A DNA stretch of 34,626 nt from contig JBEKDF010000033.1 in the NCBI GenBank assembly GCA_050014495.1, positions 1-34,626 on the forward strand, given 5' to 3'. Below, in pieces: positions 9,292 to 18,833 of the stretch. The position numbers and the translations under genes are program-made. The notes below the pieces were generated by a model. It was not told the origin of the DNA, did not search any database, and saw nothing but the letters and a program-made list of their open reading frames with translations. Origin of the DNA: Candidatus Bathyarchaeia archaeon. GTDB taxonomy: Archaea > Thermoproteota > Bathyarchaeia > TCS64. The first letter of the stretch is position 1. Each line of letters opens with the position of its first letter.

Positions 9292-9717
9292 ATGTCATTC
9301 TTGGATGAAACAAAAAAGAAGGCTGAGGAAGCTGAAAATAAAGCCTCTGAAGAAGTAAAGGAAGTCGCGGGTGCGCGCATGTCTTTTTGTTCGAACTGCG
9401 GTAAGGAGTTGGACTCTGAATCGAACTTCTGCCCCAAATGTGGTGTGAGAACAGAGAATGGAGTAAAAGCGGGTGTGGCTATCCCTTGGGTCTCGGACCC
9501 ACATTTGAGGCAGGAATTGGATGTTGCGCTGCAGAAGGCTTCTAAAGCTATTGATGAAGGTGTGAAGATCGTGCGGGAGACCTTGAGGGAGGTAGCGGGT
9601 GAGGTAGAGAAGGGCGTGAAGCAGGCTCGTACGAGTGTGCCCGTCAGCTGTCAGAACTGTGGTCAGGAAAATACGAAATTTGCAAAGTTCTGCAGTAGGT
9701 GTGGCAAGGAGCTCTAG
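9292..9717 (+). CDS. Double zinc-ribbon protein, apparently fused in frame to an unrelated 27-codon N-terminus
   Basis: The ribbon gene MSFCSNCG..FCPKCG...CQNCG..FCSRCG starts at ATG 9379, directly after GTGCGCGC (9371-9378). Confidence 0.85.
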   Translation: MSFLDETKKKAEEAENKASEEVKEVAGARMSFCSNCGKELDSESNFCPKCGVRTENGVKAGVAIPWVSDPHLRQELDVALQKASKAIDEGVKIVRETLREVAGEVEKGVKQARTSVPVSCQNCGQENTKFAKFCSRCGKEL

Positions 9718-9741
9718 GTTCGCTATCTCCTATGCGCGCGC

Positions 9742-9942
9742 AATATCGGTTTCACGAAAGACCTCTCTGAGCAGACACGCTTATTAGATGAGCTAAAGCG
9801 CTCTGAGGAGGAGTACAAAACTATTATTGATTCTGGGCTTGATGGTGTATCTATTACAGTAGAGGAAAAGTTGGTTTTTGTCAGTAAAGTAATGGTCGCT
9901 ATGCTTGGTTACTCCAAGGAGGAATTATTGGGGGGAGATATC
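9742..9942 (+). pseudogene. Internal fragment of a PAS-domain sensor
   Basis: NIGFTKDLSEQTRLLDELKRSEEEYKTIIDSGLDGVSITVEEKLVFVSKVMVAMLGYSKEELLGGDI; no start codon; tracts at both ends (9731-9742, 9942-9950). Confidence 0.85.
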
Positions 9943-10097
9943 GCGCGCGCCTCCTGAACGTAGCGATGAGGGCGTACATCGAGCGCGGATTTAAAAGACC
10001 ATCTAGTCATCTTTCACCCTACGAGCGCATAGTTAAGAACCCGCCTATATAATAATTCAAACCAAGCGGTATCAGTAACCGGGTCATGTGGTTTCCA

Positions 10098-11528
10098 ATG
10101 TGGGACACATTCGTAACCGCGACAAGGGTGGAGCAGGTCCTTGAGCTGCTTGCAAAGCACGGACAGGACGTGCGCGTCATCAACGGTGGTACAGACCTCA
10201 TAATAGAGATAGAACACAGAGTGCGCTCCCCGAAAGTGGTCGTCGACGTCAGCCGACTCAGGGGGTTGAACGATATCAGCTTAGAGAATGGGGTGTTCCA
10301 TCTCGGTGCGGGTGTGACCCACAACCAGGCCGCTGGGCATAAGGACCTAGTCGAGAAGGCCTTCCCCCTGGCATCTGCATGCTGGCAGGTGGGAACCCCA
10401 CAGATACGCAACCGTGCCACGATCGCCGGTAACCTCATCACGGCTTCTCCAGCGGGCGACACGATCACCCCGCTGATCGCGATGGGTGCGCAGGTAACTC
10501 TGCAGAGCCAGGCACGCGGCAAGCGCGAGGTCGCGCTCGACAAGTTCATGCTCGGGACACGCCGCACAGCGCTTGAACCCGACGAGATGCTGACGGAGAT
10601 ATCGTTTCCAGCGTTGAGAGAACATGAATTCGGCACGTTCACCAAACTTGGCCTGCGTGGGGCGCATGGCGTTTCGGTCGCCAACGCGGCCGTGGTCTTA
10701 GGACTCGAATCACCGGCGCGGCGCTCCAAAATCAGAGGCGCCCGAGTAACACTCGGATCAGTCGCTCCGACGATCCTCATAGCGGAAGAGGCCCAGCGCT
10801 TTCTAATTGGCAAGACGCTGCTCGACGATCGCGTCATCGCTGAGGCCGCTCACCTAGCCGGACAAGCGGCGCTCCCCATCGACGATATCCGCGGCACCGC
10901 CGAGTACCGACGCGATATGGTACAGGTACTCGTCACACGAGTTCTGACCTCTTTACGCGACGGCGCCGAACGCAGTGGTTTCCCATCGGAGCGGATCATG
11001 CTGTGGGGCAAGACCGACGGAAAGTTCCCGGTTCAGAACTCTAACCCGAATGAACCTACGGAGGTGATCCGAACAACCATCAACGGAAAAGAGTACTCAG
11101 TGGACCACGCGAACGACAAGACGCTGCTCCGAATGCTGCGCGAAGACATCGGCTTGACCGGGACCAAAGAAGGCTGTGCGGAGGGAGACTGCGGTGCCTG
11201 CACCGTCTTCCTCGATGGGATAGCTGTAATGGCCTGCCTGGTGCCGGCACCGCGCGCCCATCACGCAAACATCGTCACGATTGAGGGGCTGCAGAGGGGC
11301 GACAACCTCCACCCAGTGCAATCCGCCTTCCTTCAAGCTGGCGCCGTGCAATGCGGGTACTGCACCCCAGGCTTCATCATGAGCGGCGCTAAGCTGCTCG
11401 AGGAAATCGACTATCCGACACGCGACGAGATACGCCAAGCGTTGACTGGCAACTTGTGCCGGTGTACGGGCTATCACAGGATCATCGAAGCCATTGAGCT
11501 AGCGGCTCGTCTGAAAGGGGGTGCCTGA
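10098..11528 (+). CDS. Xanthine/CO dehydrogenase family fused FAD-binding and [2Fe-2S] subunit
   Basis: INGGTDL, QIRNRATIAGNL, ASPAGD, DDIRGTAEYRR, then GTKEGCAEGDCGACTV, QCGYCTPGF and NLCRCTGY. Confidence 0.95.
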   Translation: MWDTFVTATRVEQVLELLAKHGQDVRVINGGTDLIIEIEHRVRSPKVVVDVSRLRGLNDISLENGVFHLGAGVTHNQAAGHKDLVEKAFPLASACWQVGTPQIRNRATIAGNLITASPAGDTITPLIAMGAQVTLQSQARGKREVALDKFMLGTRRTALEPDEMLTEISFPALREHEFGTFTKLGLRGAHGVSVANAAVVLGLESPARRSKIRGARVTLGSVAPTILIAEEAQRFLIGKTLLDDRVIAEAAHLAGQAALPIDDIRGTAEYRRDMVQVLVTRVLTSLRDGAERSGFPSERIMLWGKTDGKFPVQNSNPNEPTEVIRTTINGKEYSVDHANDKTLLRMLREDIGLTGTKEGCAEGDCGACTVFLDGIAVMACLVPAPRAHHANIVTIEGLQRGDNLHPVQSAFLQAGAVQCGYCTPGFIMSGAKLLEEIDYPTRDEIRQALTGNLCRCTGYHRIIEAIELAARLKGGA

Positions 11529-13729
11529 GGACTACGATCAGCTGGATTTTACCGATCAGCGCTGGTATCGCATTAATCGCGACTATTCTCGTTATTCGGC
11601 TCGGTGTACCGGCTATTCGGCGCAGAGTAGCGGCTATGGAGGCAGGAGGCTTCTCGCCTCCTGGGCGGCGCCTTAACCCCCTATCATGGATCGAGGTGCT
11701 ACCTGATGACCGGGTCCGCCTACTCGTGCCAAAAGCGGAGATGGGTCAGGGAACCCACACTGGCTTAGCTCAAATGGTAGCGGAGGAACTTGAAGTACCA
11801 TTAGAACGTATGGAAGTCGTACACGCTAGCACCCGCCAAGGGGAAAACAAGTACCGGGGGACCTTCGGCAGTACGTCGATCTCCAGCCTCTACGGGCCCA
11901 TGCGCCAAGCTGCCGCCGATATGCGGGAGATGCTCCGGGCTGAGGCCTCGCTTCACCTAGGAGAGCCACCTGAGAAACTGGTCGCGCGGGATGGTCGGTT
12001 TGAGGTCGTCGGCGACCCGGAGAGAGGCGTCTCCTACGGCGTCCTCGTGCAACAGAACCCCAAGTTGCGTGCGCTACGAGAGCCGGCGGCTCTTAAGAGC
12101 CCTGACCAGTTCAAGGTCATAGGCCGATCCCTCCAACGTGTGGATGGTCTGTCAAAGGTGACCGGTCGAGCTATCTTCGGCCAGGACGCCCGCATCGAAG
12201 GAATGCTCTACGGAGCGGTTGTTCACCCACCAACGATCGGGGCAGCGATGCTTTCCGCGCAGCCTGGGAAGGCTCAAACTATGCAAGGTGTGGTGAAGGT
12301 AGTCATTGAGAACGGATTCGCCGGGGTGGTCGCAAGGTCTCTCGAACAAGCTCGGGCTGCCCGCGACGCCATCCAGGTCGAATGGAGCAAGGGACGCCTC
12401 TGGCAGCAGCCTGACCTAGAGAAACTAGTGACGGCTGGGGGGCCGCACGGGATAAATATCCAGAGGCAGGGAGACGCGCACACCGCTCTCGCAGAGAACA
12501 CCTCCTTAAGCGCGGAGTACCGTACGGGTCTGGTAGCTCACGCCTCCTTGGAGACCCAGGCGGCGCTGGCTGTCGTCGACAAGGGGAGCGTCAGGGTGTG
12601 GACATCCACCCAAGCCGAGTCGGTCACCGCCATGCAAGTGGCAAAGGCACTCGGCATCAAAGCGAAGCAGGTCGAGGTTATCCCAACATTTCTGGGAGGC
12701 GGTTTCGGCCGCAAGTCAGGCAGAGGCAATGTCTCTTCCCCCGCCGCCGAGGCGGCCCGTCTTGCACGCGCTGCGAGTGCCCCAGTCCACGTAGGCTGGG
12801 ACCGAGGTGAGGAGTTCCGCAATGGCTTTGTGCGACCCATGACCCACCACAAGCTCTCCGCTAGGCTGAACGGTGGCCGGATTGAGGCTCTCGAGTGGCA
12901 GGAGGCTAGCGGCGACTCTGTACTCGGTTTCGTACCGGAATTAGCGGCACGTATCATTGGCTTCGACCCAGGAGCCACCAGGGGAGCAAGGATCCACTAC
13001 AACATTCCGCGCCTCGAAACCACGGTGTGGAGACGCCGCTTACCCCTCGCAACCGGGCAATGGCGCGGGCTAGGCGCCGTCCCAAACACCTTCTCCATCG
13101 AGAGCTTCATCGATGAAGCAGCCCATGCCGCAGGAAAAGACCCCCTACAGTTTCGCCTCGATCACCTCGCCGTCGATGAGGAGGGACAGCGGATGGCCGC
13201 TGTCCTCAGAGCAGCAGCAGAGCAAGCCAAATGGGGAACGGCCCCACCAGCGGGGCGTGGCAGGGGGATCGCCTGCTGCTTCTACCACGGTACGGTCGTC
13301 GCTGAGGTGGCCGAAGTATCCCTAGACGAACAAACAGGTCAGATCCAGCTCCGTAAAGTCGTTGCGGCAATGGACTGCGGACGGGTCATTAACCCCGATC
13401 TGGTGCGCAGCCAGATGGAGGGAAGCATAGTGATGGGCGCGAGCAGCGCGCTAATCGAAGAGCTCACCGTGAGAGACGGCCGCTTGGTGGCTGGCAGTTT
13501 TGCCGAGTACCCGATCTTCACCGTAGCGGAAGTGCCTGAAATTGAAACGATAATCTTAGAGACGCCAAATAGGAAGCCGTCGGGAAGCGGGGAGCCGCCT
13601 ATCGGTCCTGTTGCCCCCGCCATCGGCAATGCATTCTTCTCTCTCACAGGTGTACGCCTGCGGCAACTGCCAATGTCACCAGCCCGCGTCAGGGAAGAGC
13701 TTCGCACACACGCGCACTTGACTACATGA
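11525..13729 (+). CDS. Molybdopterin-binding subunit, xanthine dehydrogenase / isoquinoline oxidoreductase beta-like, with N-terminal TM anchor
   Basis: EMGQG, TFGSTS, LGGGFGRK, WRGLG, DCGRVINPD, GSGEP. The frame is open upstream of ATG 11636 to CTG 11525, which overlaps the upstream TGA. Confidence 0.92.
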   Translation: MRTTISWILPISAGIALIATILVIRLGVPAIRRRVAAMEAGGFSPPGRRLNPLSWIEVLPDDRVRLLVPKAEMGQGTHTGLAQMVAEELEVPLERMEVVHASTRQGENKYRGTFGSTSISSLYGPMRQAAADMREMLRAEASLHLGEPPEKLVARDGRFEVVGDPERGVSYGVLVQQNPKLRALREPAALKSPDQFKVIGRSLQRVDGLSKVTGRAIFGQDARIEGMLYGAVVHPPTIGAAMLSAQPGKAQTMQGVVKVVIENGFAGVVARSLEQARAARDAIQVEWSKGRLWQQPDLEKLVTAGGPHGINIQRQGDAHTALAENTSLSAEYRTGLVAHASLETQAALAVVDKGSVRVWTSTQAESVTAMQVAKALGIKAKQVEVIPTFLGGGFGRKSGRGNVSSPAAEAARLARAASAPVHVGWDRGEEFRNGFVRPMTHHKLSARLNGGRIEALEWQEASGDSVLGFVPELAARIIGFDPGATRGARIHYNIPRLETTVWRRRLPLATGQWRGLGAVPNTFSIESFIDEAAHAAGKDPLQFRLDHLAVDEEGQRMAAVLRAAAEQAKWGTAPPAGRGRGIACCFYHGTVVAEVAEVSLDEQTGQIQLRKVVAAMDCGRVINPDLVRSQMEGSIVMGASSALIEELTVRDGRLVAGSFAEYPIFTVAEVPEIETIILETPNRKPSGSGEPPIGPVAPAIGNAFFSLTGVRLRQLPMSPARVREELRTHAHLTT

Positions 13730-13845
13730 CAAACGCACTACTCTTGATCGCGCAGGCAGTAGAGTGAACAAGCGCGCGCGGTGTTGGGTGTCCTATGTGT
13801 TGGCGCGTGCGCATACTCGAAAACATGCATTTACTTTATAGCGCT

Positions 13846-13895
13846 CGCGCAAAAGTTTCTGTCAGCACTCAATTTTATTCAAATTACAGCTCGGT
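13846..13895 (+). repeat. 50-bp dispersed repeat, copy 1
   Basis: CGCGCAAAAGTTTCTGTCAGCACTCAATTTTATTCAAATTACAGCTCGGT; one mismatch to 18422-18471; followed by (GC)5. Confidence 0.9.
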
Positions 13896-14248
13896 GCGCG
13901 CGCGCCCTGGAAGGAGGGAGTGCAATGGAACCCTAGCAACGAAAACTGCGTAGCTGGAAAAATACTTCTAAATCAAGATAATTCTAGAAACAGCTAGGTG
14001 ATGAATGGAGAGCTGTTCGAAGTAAACGTGATAAAATAAATCTGAATCTATTTGCGCACGCACTCTATTATTAAATGATGCGGACGAGAATGAATGTGAG
14101 ATTATGGTCCTGTTTTCAGCAGACGCGTTTAATCTTGGTTGGAGCTATCATTATCTCGATGCGCGAGTGTGCGCTGTGGCGTAATCAAACACCAGAAAAG
14201 TTCTTTTATTCTTCACTGAACACTCACTATATTACTCGGTGAATTGGA

Positions 14249-15325
14249 TTGGATGAGGAATATCAGAGACTCGCGGAGCACCTAGACAGTCTCCCAGACG
14301 GATTCCCCCCAAGCAAAACCTCAGCCGAGATACCACTGCTAAAGAGACTCTTCACACCAGAGGAAGCAACACTAGCGACACTCTTAACCCTCAACAGAGA
14401 AGACGCACACACAATAGCGTCGAAGGCAAATCTCCCGGAGGAGAAAGCCAAGGTAATCTTGGAGGAGATGACCAAGAAGGGACTCATATTCTCAGTCCAG
14501 GAAGATGGTCACACACTGTATCAGGCTGCACCCTTCGTCATAGGAATATACGAGTTCCAAGTGAATCGGCTAACAGACGATTTCCTCATGGACTTGGGCA
14601 ACTACTGGAGCACAGTAGCTGAGCGCGACGAACCCAAGACAATTAGCCAGATGCGAACCATCCCAATCAACGAGAGCATAGACACCCGACTCGAAGTACT
14701 ACCATACGAGAACGTATACGCATTGGTTGACGCCCACACCAAATTTGGGGTAGCCCCATGCATCTGCAGAAGCAGAGCGAAGAAGCGGAGTAGGGGATGC
14801 CAAGCACCCATCGAAACCTGCCTGCTGTTCGGAGACTTCGCCGACTTCTATGTAAAAACCGGAAAAGGCAGATACATCACAAAATCAGAGGTAAAGGACC
14901 TCCTAGCTAAAGCAAACGAGGCGAACCTAGTACTTAATCCCACAAACTCCAAGACAGTACAGGCGATTTGCTGCTGCTGTGGATGCTGCTGCGGAATACT
15001 TGGTGATCTCAAGCAATCACCAAAGCCCTCGGAGGCGTGCGCCAGCTCATTCATCGCCCATTATGACGATTCGACATGTATAGCCTGCATGAAGTGCGTG
15101 GGCCGCTGTCAGATGGGGGCAATCACAGCTGACTCAGGTGTAGTCAAGTTCAACCAGGACAGATGCATTGGTTGCGGACTATGTGTATCAACATGCCCAA
15201 CCGGATCACTAGGTCTCACGAGAAAACTCAAAACAGACAAGGAGATGCCCGAGACATTCTTCGACACCTGGAGAACCATTGCCCAAGAAAGAGAAAATGC
15301 CCACAGGGAAACAGTAATACAATAG
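14249..15325 (+). CDS. 4Fe-4S binding protein (N-terminal HTH, Cys-rich centre, C-terminal 2x[4Fe-4S] ferredoxin)
   Basis: GIYEFQ, PCICR, ICCCCGCCC, CIACMKCVGRC, CIGCGLCVSTCP. Confidence 0.93.
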   Translation: MDEEYQRLAEHLDSLPDGFPPSKTSAEIPLLKRLFTPEEATLATLLTLNREDAHTIASKANLPEEKAKVILEEMTKKGLIFSVQEDGHTLYQAAPFVIGIYEFQVNRLTDDFLMDLGNYWSTVAERDEPKTISQMRTIPINESIDTRLEVLPYENVYALVDAHTKFGVAPCICRSRAKKRSRGCQAPIETCLLFGDFADFYVKTGKGRYITKSEVKDLLAKANEANLVLNPTNSKTVQAICCCCGCCCGILGDLKQSPKPSEACASSFIAHYDDSTCIACMKCVGRCQMGAITADSGVVKFNQDRCIGCGLCVSTCPTGSLGLTRKLKTDKEMPETFFDTWRTIAQERENAHRETVIQ

Positions 15326-15487
15326 ACTCACCAGTGTGCACAGTCATCATTGTCAAGTCTCGCCTTCAACTTCTCGGTCGGTTTGCGCGCGCGCGCATGT
15401 TAGAAGGTAAAATTGGCAACATAGTAAGAAGAACAAAAATAGCCAGAACAACTAAATAAAGGAGGTTATAAGATCGATTATCGTGTT

Positions 15488-15784
15488 TTAACCAACTTCT
15501 GTTACTTTCACAATAGTTTTCCATCCACTGAAGTAATCCCATATATATGAATAATATTCGATTGTATAGGTCTTACCTAGTTCAAATGTATAGTTCCCAC
15601 GGAAGATCATAGATTGACCAGCAAAGTATATTGTAGTAACATCATGATAAGAATCGTAATTATAACCGTCTACTTTAACAGTTAAGTAAGTTGGACTATC
15701 ACGATGGAAGATTATGAATAAACCAGCAATGATTACTATGACGAGGAAGACTATAACGATGATTGGAACGACTCCACGCCTCAT
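15488..15784 (-). CDS. Small membrane-anchored protein
   Basis: N-terminal TM followed by a beta-rich domain; GGTGA RBS; starts 21 bp after the SPFH gene. Confidence 0.75.
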   Translation of the reverse strand: MRRGVVPIIVIVFLVIVIIAGLFIIFHRDSPTYLTVKVDGYNYDSYHDVTTIYFAGQSMIFRGNYTFELGKTYTIEYYSYIWDYFSGWKTIVKVTEVG

Positions 15785-15805
15785 TCAGCTCACCTATGAC
15801 ATTGG

Positions 15806-17668
15806 CTAAGCAGTTTCAGCGGCCTTTTTATCTTCTTCCATCTTGGTGGCGGCAGAAGCTGTATATTGCTTATCTAAAAGATTAGCCATGAAAGCGTTGA
15901 ATAGACTTCCCTGTGAGTCACCACCAGTCACTAATATATTGGGCGTTATCTGCACCTTTCCAGTAGAGACCTCATCGATTACTTTCACTAAAGCGACATT
16001 GCTCTGCCCAAGCACCTTGACCTGAGCCTCGTAGGCTTCAGCCTGAGCCTGACCAGTCTGTTTTATCTGGTAGGCGTTACCTTCTGCAACTATTTTTGTG
16101 GATTCACGGACCCCTTCAGCCTGCTTTATTGCAGCAGTAGCTAGGTCTTGATTGATGTCGATGGTCAACTTTGCTGCTATGACGTCCTTCTGCTTCTGAG
16201 CCCTTGCACTCTGCTCTTGTACTGCAATTTGCTGAGCTTGAGCCTTCGCTTCTTCCTGGTATTGAAGTTGCTGTTGTATTGCTATTTGCTTAGCTGTTTG
16301 GGTTTGTAGTAGTGTGGGGTCAACGGAAATATAGGCGATAAGTAGGCCCTGAACTTCTACATGGTATTTCTTGAATTCATCTGCAGCCTTTGATAATGCA
16401 TTCGCCTGCAACTCTGAGCGACTGTGAACGAACTGAAGTGCTTCTTCCTTTCCAGCCTCATTTCTAAATGAGCTGTCAATCAATGGATGAGCTACCTGCT
16501 CGATTAGATTCTGAACTGTACCAAACCGGGCAATGATGTAAGGTGCATCTTCTGGAGGTATTCTAATTATTAGACGTACATCCACCTCTAACTGGAACCC
16601 GTCCTTGGACGTGACCTTGAGCTGACTGAAATTAAAGAATTCGGCTACTCTGTGGGTTTCGGCTTCAGTTGAGGAGGGCGTGAAGGTTTCAGCTGCTCTC
16701 GCACTGTCTGAAGAAGCCCAATCTATTGTAACTGCACTTGTTGGAACTAGCTCAACCTTGTATGCTATGGTATTCAGGTTGTATTTTCCCGGTGCAACTG
16801 GATCCTTTAGGATGCCTCTTTGCTTTTTATCAGTAATAAGAGGTACTTGACTTTCATTGAGAGTACCATTTAAGTTACCGGGAAAAGATACCATTGGAGC
16901 TTTCATAGAACTCTCTAATTCTTCACCAACGCTGGATATTATCACCGCAACATAGCCTGGGGGAATTGTGGCTAATGGATAGTTCGCAACCTCGAATAAT
17001 AGGGGATTAATGTAGTATCGTCCCGGCTGAAGCGTTTCTAGTTGGGGACCTCTATAACCCTTGCCGTTTATGAAGGTCTGACCATCCTGGAAGTGTTTAT
17101 GATCAACCTCAGGTTCTGGCGCAATGATCCTATTAGACATTAATGGGATACCGTCGTTAGCTATCACTATACCGATATTTTCTTTGGGAACGTCGATGAC
17201 GTTTCTTTCAGTTACTTCAAAGACGTATGTGTTTATGCGATAGACACCTGGTCTAAGTATTTGCACCTGTGGACCCTTCATTCCTCCATTATCGAGAAAA
17301 GATTTAGCGTCCTGGAAGGAGTTGCACTCAACAACGTCTCCAAGTAGTCTTCCTGGAGGCATAGGGACACCATCGACGGTGCTAACGGTACCTATTCTGT
17401 TTTCAGCTATAACGGTGTTTGGTATCTTTTTGATGCTCCAGATAAATGGGAATCGATAGTAAAGTCCTGGGAGAAGTGTATCAGCTTGGACACCAACTTC
17501 TCCAGAGCGAGCGATGATTCGACCTTGTGGCAGTTTTTTACCAAGCATTTTCTTAGTGAGAATGCCCACTTGGTTTGCTCCAACTAGAGATAGTCCTCCC
17601 AGCACTAGCCATAATAATATGAATGCTGCTACGCCAATCACTATCCAAATTAGCCAATCTTCAAACAT
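15806..17668 (-). CDS. SPFH/band-7 (flotillin-like) membrane protein
   Basis: N-terminal TM, repeated GPQ..L.PG.Y.IN units, SKDGFQLEVDV SPFH core and Ala/Gln-rich coiled-coil tail. Confidence 0.92.
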   Translation of the reverse strand: MFEDWLIWIVIGVAAFILLWLVLGGLSLVGANQVGILTKKMLGKKLPQGRIIARSGEVGVQADTLLPGLYYRFPFIWSIKKIPNTVIAENRIGTVSTVDGVPMPPGRLLGDVVECNSFQDAKSFLDNGGMKGPQVQILRPGVYRINTYVFEVTERNVIDVPKENIGIVIANDGIPLMSNRIIAPEPEVDHKHFQDGQTFINGKGYRGPQLETLQPGRYYINPLLFEVANYPLATIPPGYVAVIISSVGEELESSMKAPMVSFPGNLNGTLNESQVPLITDKKQRGILKDPVAPGKYNLNTIAYKVELVPTSAVTIDWASSDSARAAETFTPSSTEAETHRVAEFFNFSQLKVTSKDGFQLEVDVRLIIRIPPEDAPYIIARFGTVQNLIEQVAHPLIDSSFRNEAGKEEALQFVHSRSELQANALSKAADEFKKYHVEVQGLLIAYISVDPTLLQTQTAKQIAIQQQLQYQEEAKAQAQQIAVQEQSARAQKQKDVIAAKLTIDINQDLATAAIKQAEGVRESTKIVAEGNAYQIKQTGQAQAEAYEAQVKVLGQSNVALVKVIDEVSTGKVQITPNILVTGGDSQGSLFNAFMANLLDKQYTASAATKMEEDKKAAETA

Positions 17669-17899
17669 TCAATTCACTTATTGTTATTATCTCTCGACTT
17701 CTTAGTTCTTTGGTATAGATATGATGGTGCTACTCTTTGATTCGTCGAGCCGCCCTCCTAGCTGCATGGGTCCTCTCGCCGTCTCGGGGGCCTCATCGGG
17801 GTCAGCGCTTAGGTACATCCAAGTCTCCGACTCCTCCAGATACCCACCATCACAATGACCCGCGTGCGCATTCATTTTCTCTACTTAAGCTGTCCAAGT

Positions 17900-18076
17900 T
17901 TAATAGATTACCTCGGCCTGATTGCATATGTCCTCGATTCCTTTGAATGAATCGTAAATTTTGGCTCGACTACAATTTTTAATGCCCTTAATGATCTGGC
18001 TTATTGATGGTGCTTTTCCCTTCTTCTGATAATATGTCTTAACATATTCCACTACTTCTCGCTGAAAATCGGACAA
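17900..18076 (-). CDS. Small HTH protein resembling the LexA N-terminal DNA-binding domain (58 aa)
   Basis: Manual translation MSDFQREVVEYVKTYYQKKGKAPSISQIIKGIKNCSRAKIYDSFKGIEDICNQAEVIY* (TTG start); TATA-like TTTATTAA on the minus strand at 18106-18113. Confidence 0.65.
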   Translation of the reverse strand: MSDFQREVVEYVKTYYQKKGKAPSISQIIKGIKNCSRAKIYDSFKGIEDICNQAEVIY

Positions 18077-18144
18077 GCCCGATCGATCTTAAAATTCGCT
18101 GGGTCTTAATAAAGGTTGAATTGTGTTAAGAATTGGTTTCAGGT

Positions 18145-18241
18145 AGAACGTTCTCGTCGTTCTGACCCGTTTAATCCCGTTCTTATATCGTTCTTTATGG
18201 AATTTTTCGTTCTAAATCGTTCTTATTGATTCTTAAGAACG
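18145..18241. promoter_or_regulatory. Helically phased CGTTCT array (putative protein-binding array)
   Basis: CGTTCT at 18149, 18158, 18178, 18189, 18208 and 18218; variants at 18168 and 18228; inverted AGAACG at 18145 and 18236. Confidence 0.7.
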
Positions 18242-18421
18242 AAAAGTATACAGGGTCCATTCTTCCCTCCCGTAATGTACCATGGGTATGTTGGCTATGT
18301 GGATGTAGCTTTGCCTAGAGTCTTGCTTTCGATAACGTAAACTAATTTTGAAGAATTATCTCCAGATCCTGACACCCTCGCTGGCAAGATACCTTGAGAC
18401 TAGAGATGCAACGTCTGCGCG

Positions 18422-18471
18422 CGCGCAAAAGTTTCTGTCAGCACTCAATTTTATTCAAATTATAGCTCGGT
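18422..18471 (+). repeat. 50-bp dispersed repeat, copy 2
   Basis: Matches 13846-13895; starts within TGCGCGCGCGCA (18416-18427). Confidence 0.9.
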
Positions 18472-18520
18472 TGACTGATACTATTTAAAACTTCGACTAT
18501 GCTTGAAACGTTTGCGCACG

Positions 18521-18700
18521 CTCGTTGATTTCATCGTCTTTAATGGGTTAAATTAGAAAAAGTTAGAGGAGATCGTTTTTGTTGGGAAGAATGAAGGAAA
18601 TGGTTCCGTGGTGAAGTCGCTGAAGTCTACGGTTGAGAAGGGGAAATATGAGTGGGAACTGGCAAGAGTAACAAATGAGGGCAGGGTCGAATATGAATAA
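18521..18700 (+). pseudogene. 3' fragment of a Holliday-junction-resolvase-like endonuclease gene (Endonuc_Holl-type)
   Basis: LVDFIVFNGLN*KKLEEIVFV...VEKGKYEWELARV; begins at TGCGCACGC and has an internal TAG. Confidence 0.65.
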
Positions 18701-18833
18701 TGCGTGGGCGGGTTAGTGTTTATATAATAATGTTAACGTTGATAACGTGAGCAATTTTATAGGATGCTTCTCTACTTCACGTCTATGAGAACCCTTGACC
18801 AATTCGTGCGTGACAGCACCGAGGGGGAAATGA

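Noticed and set aside
10019..13707. Long minus-strand ORFs over the molybdoenzyme genes
   Set aside because: Shadow ORFs of GC-rich coding sequence with no motifs.
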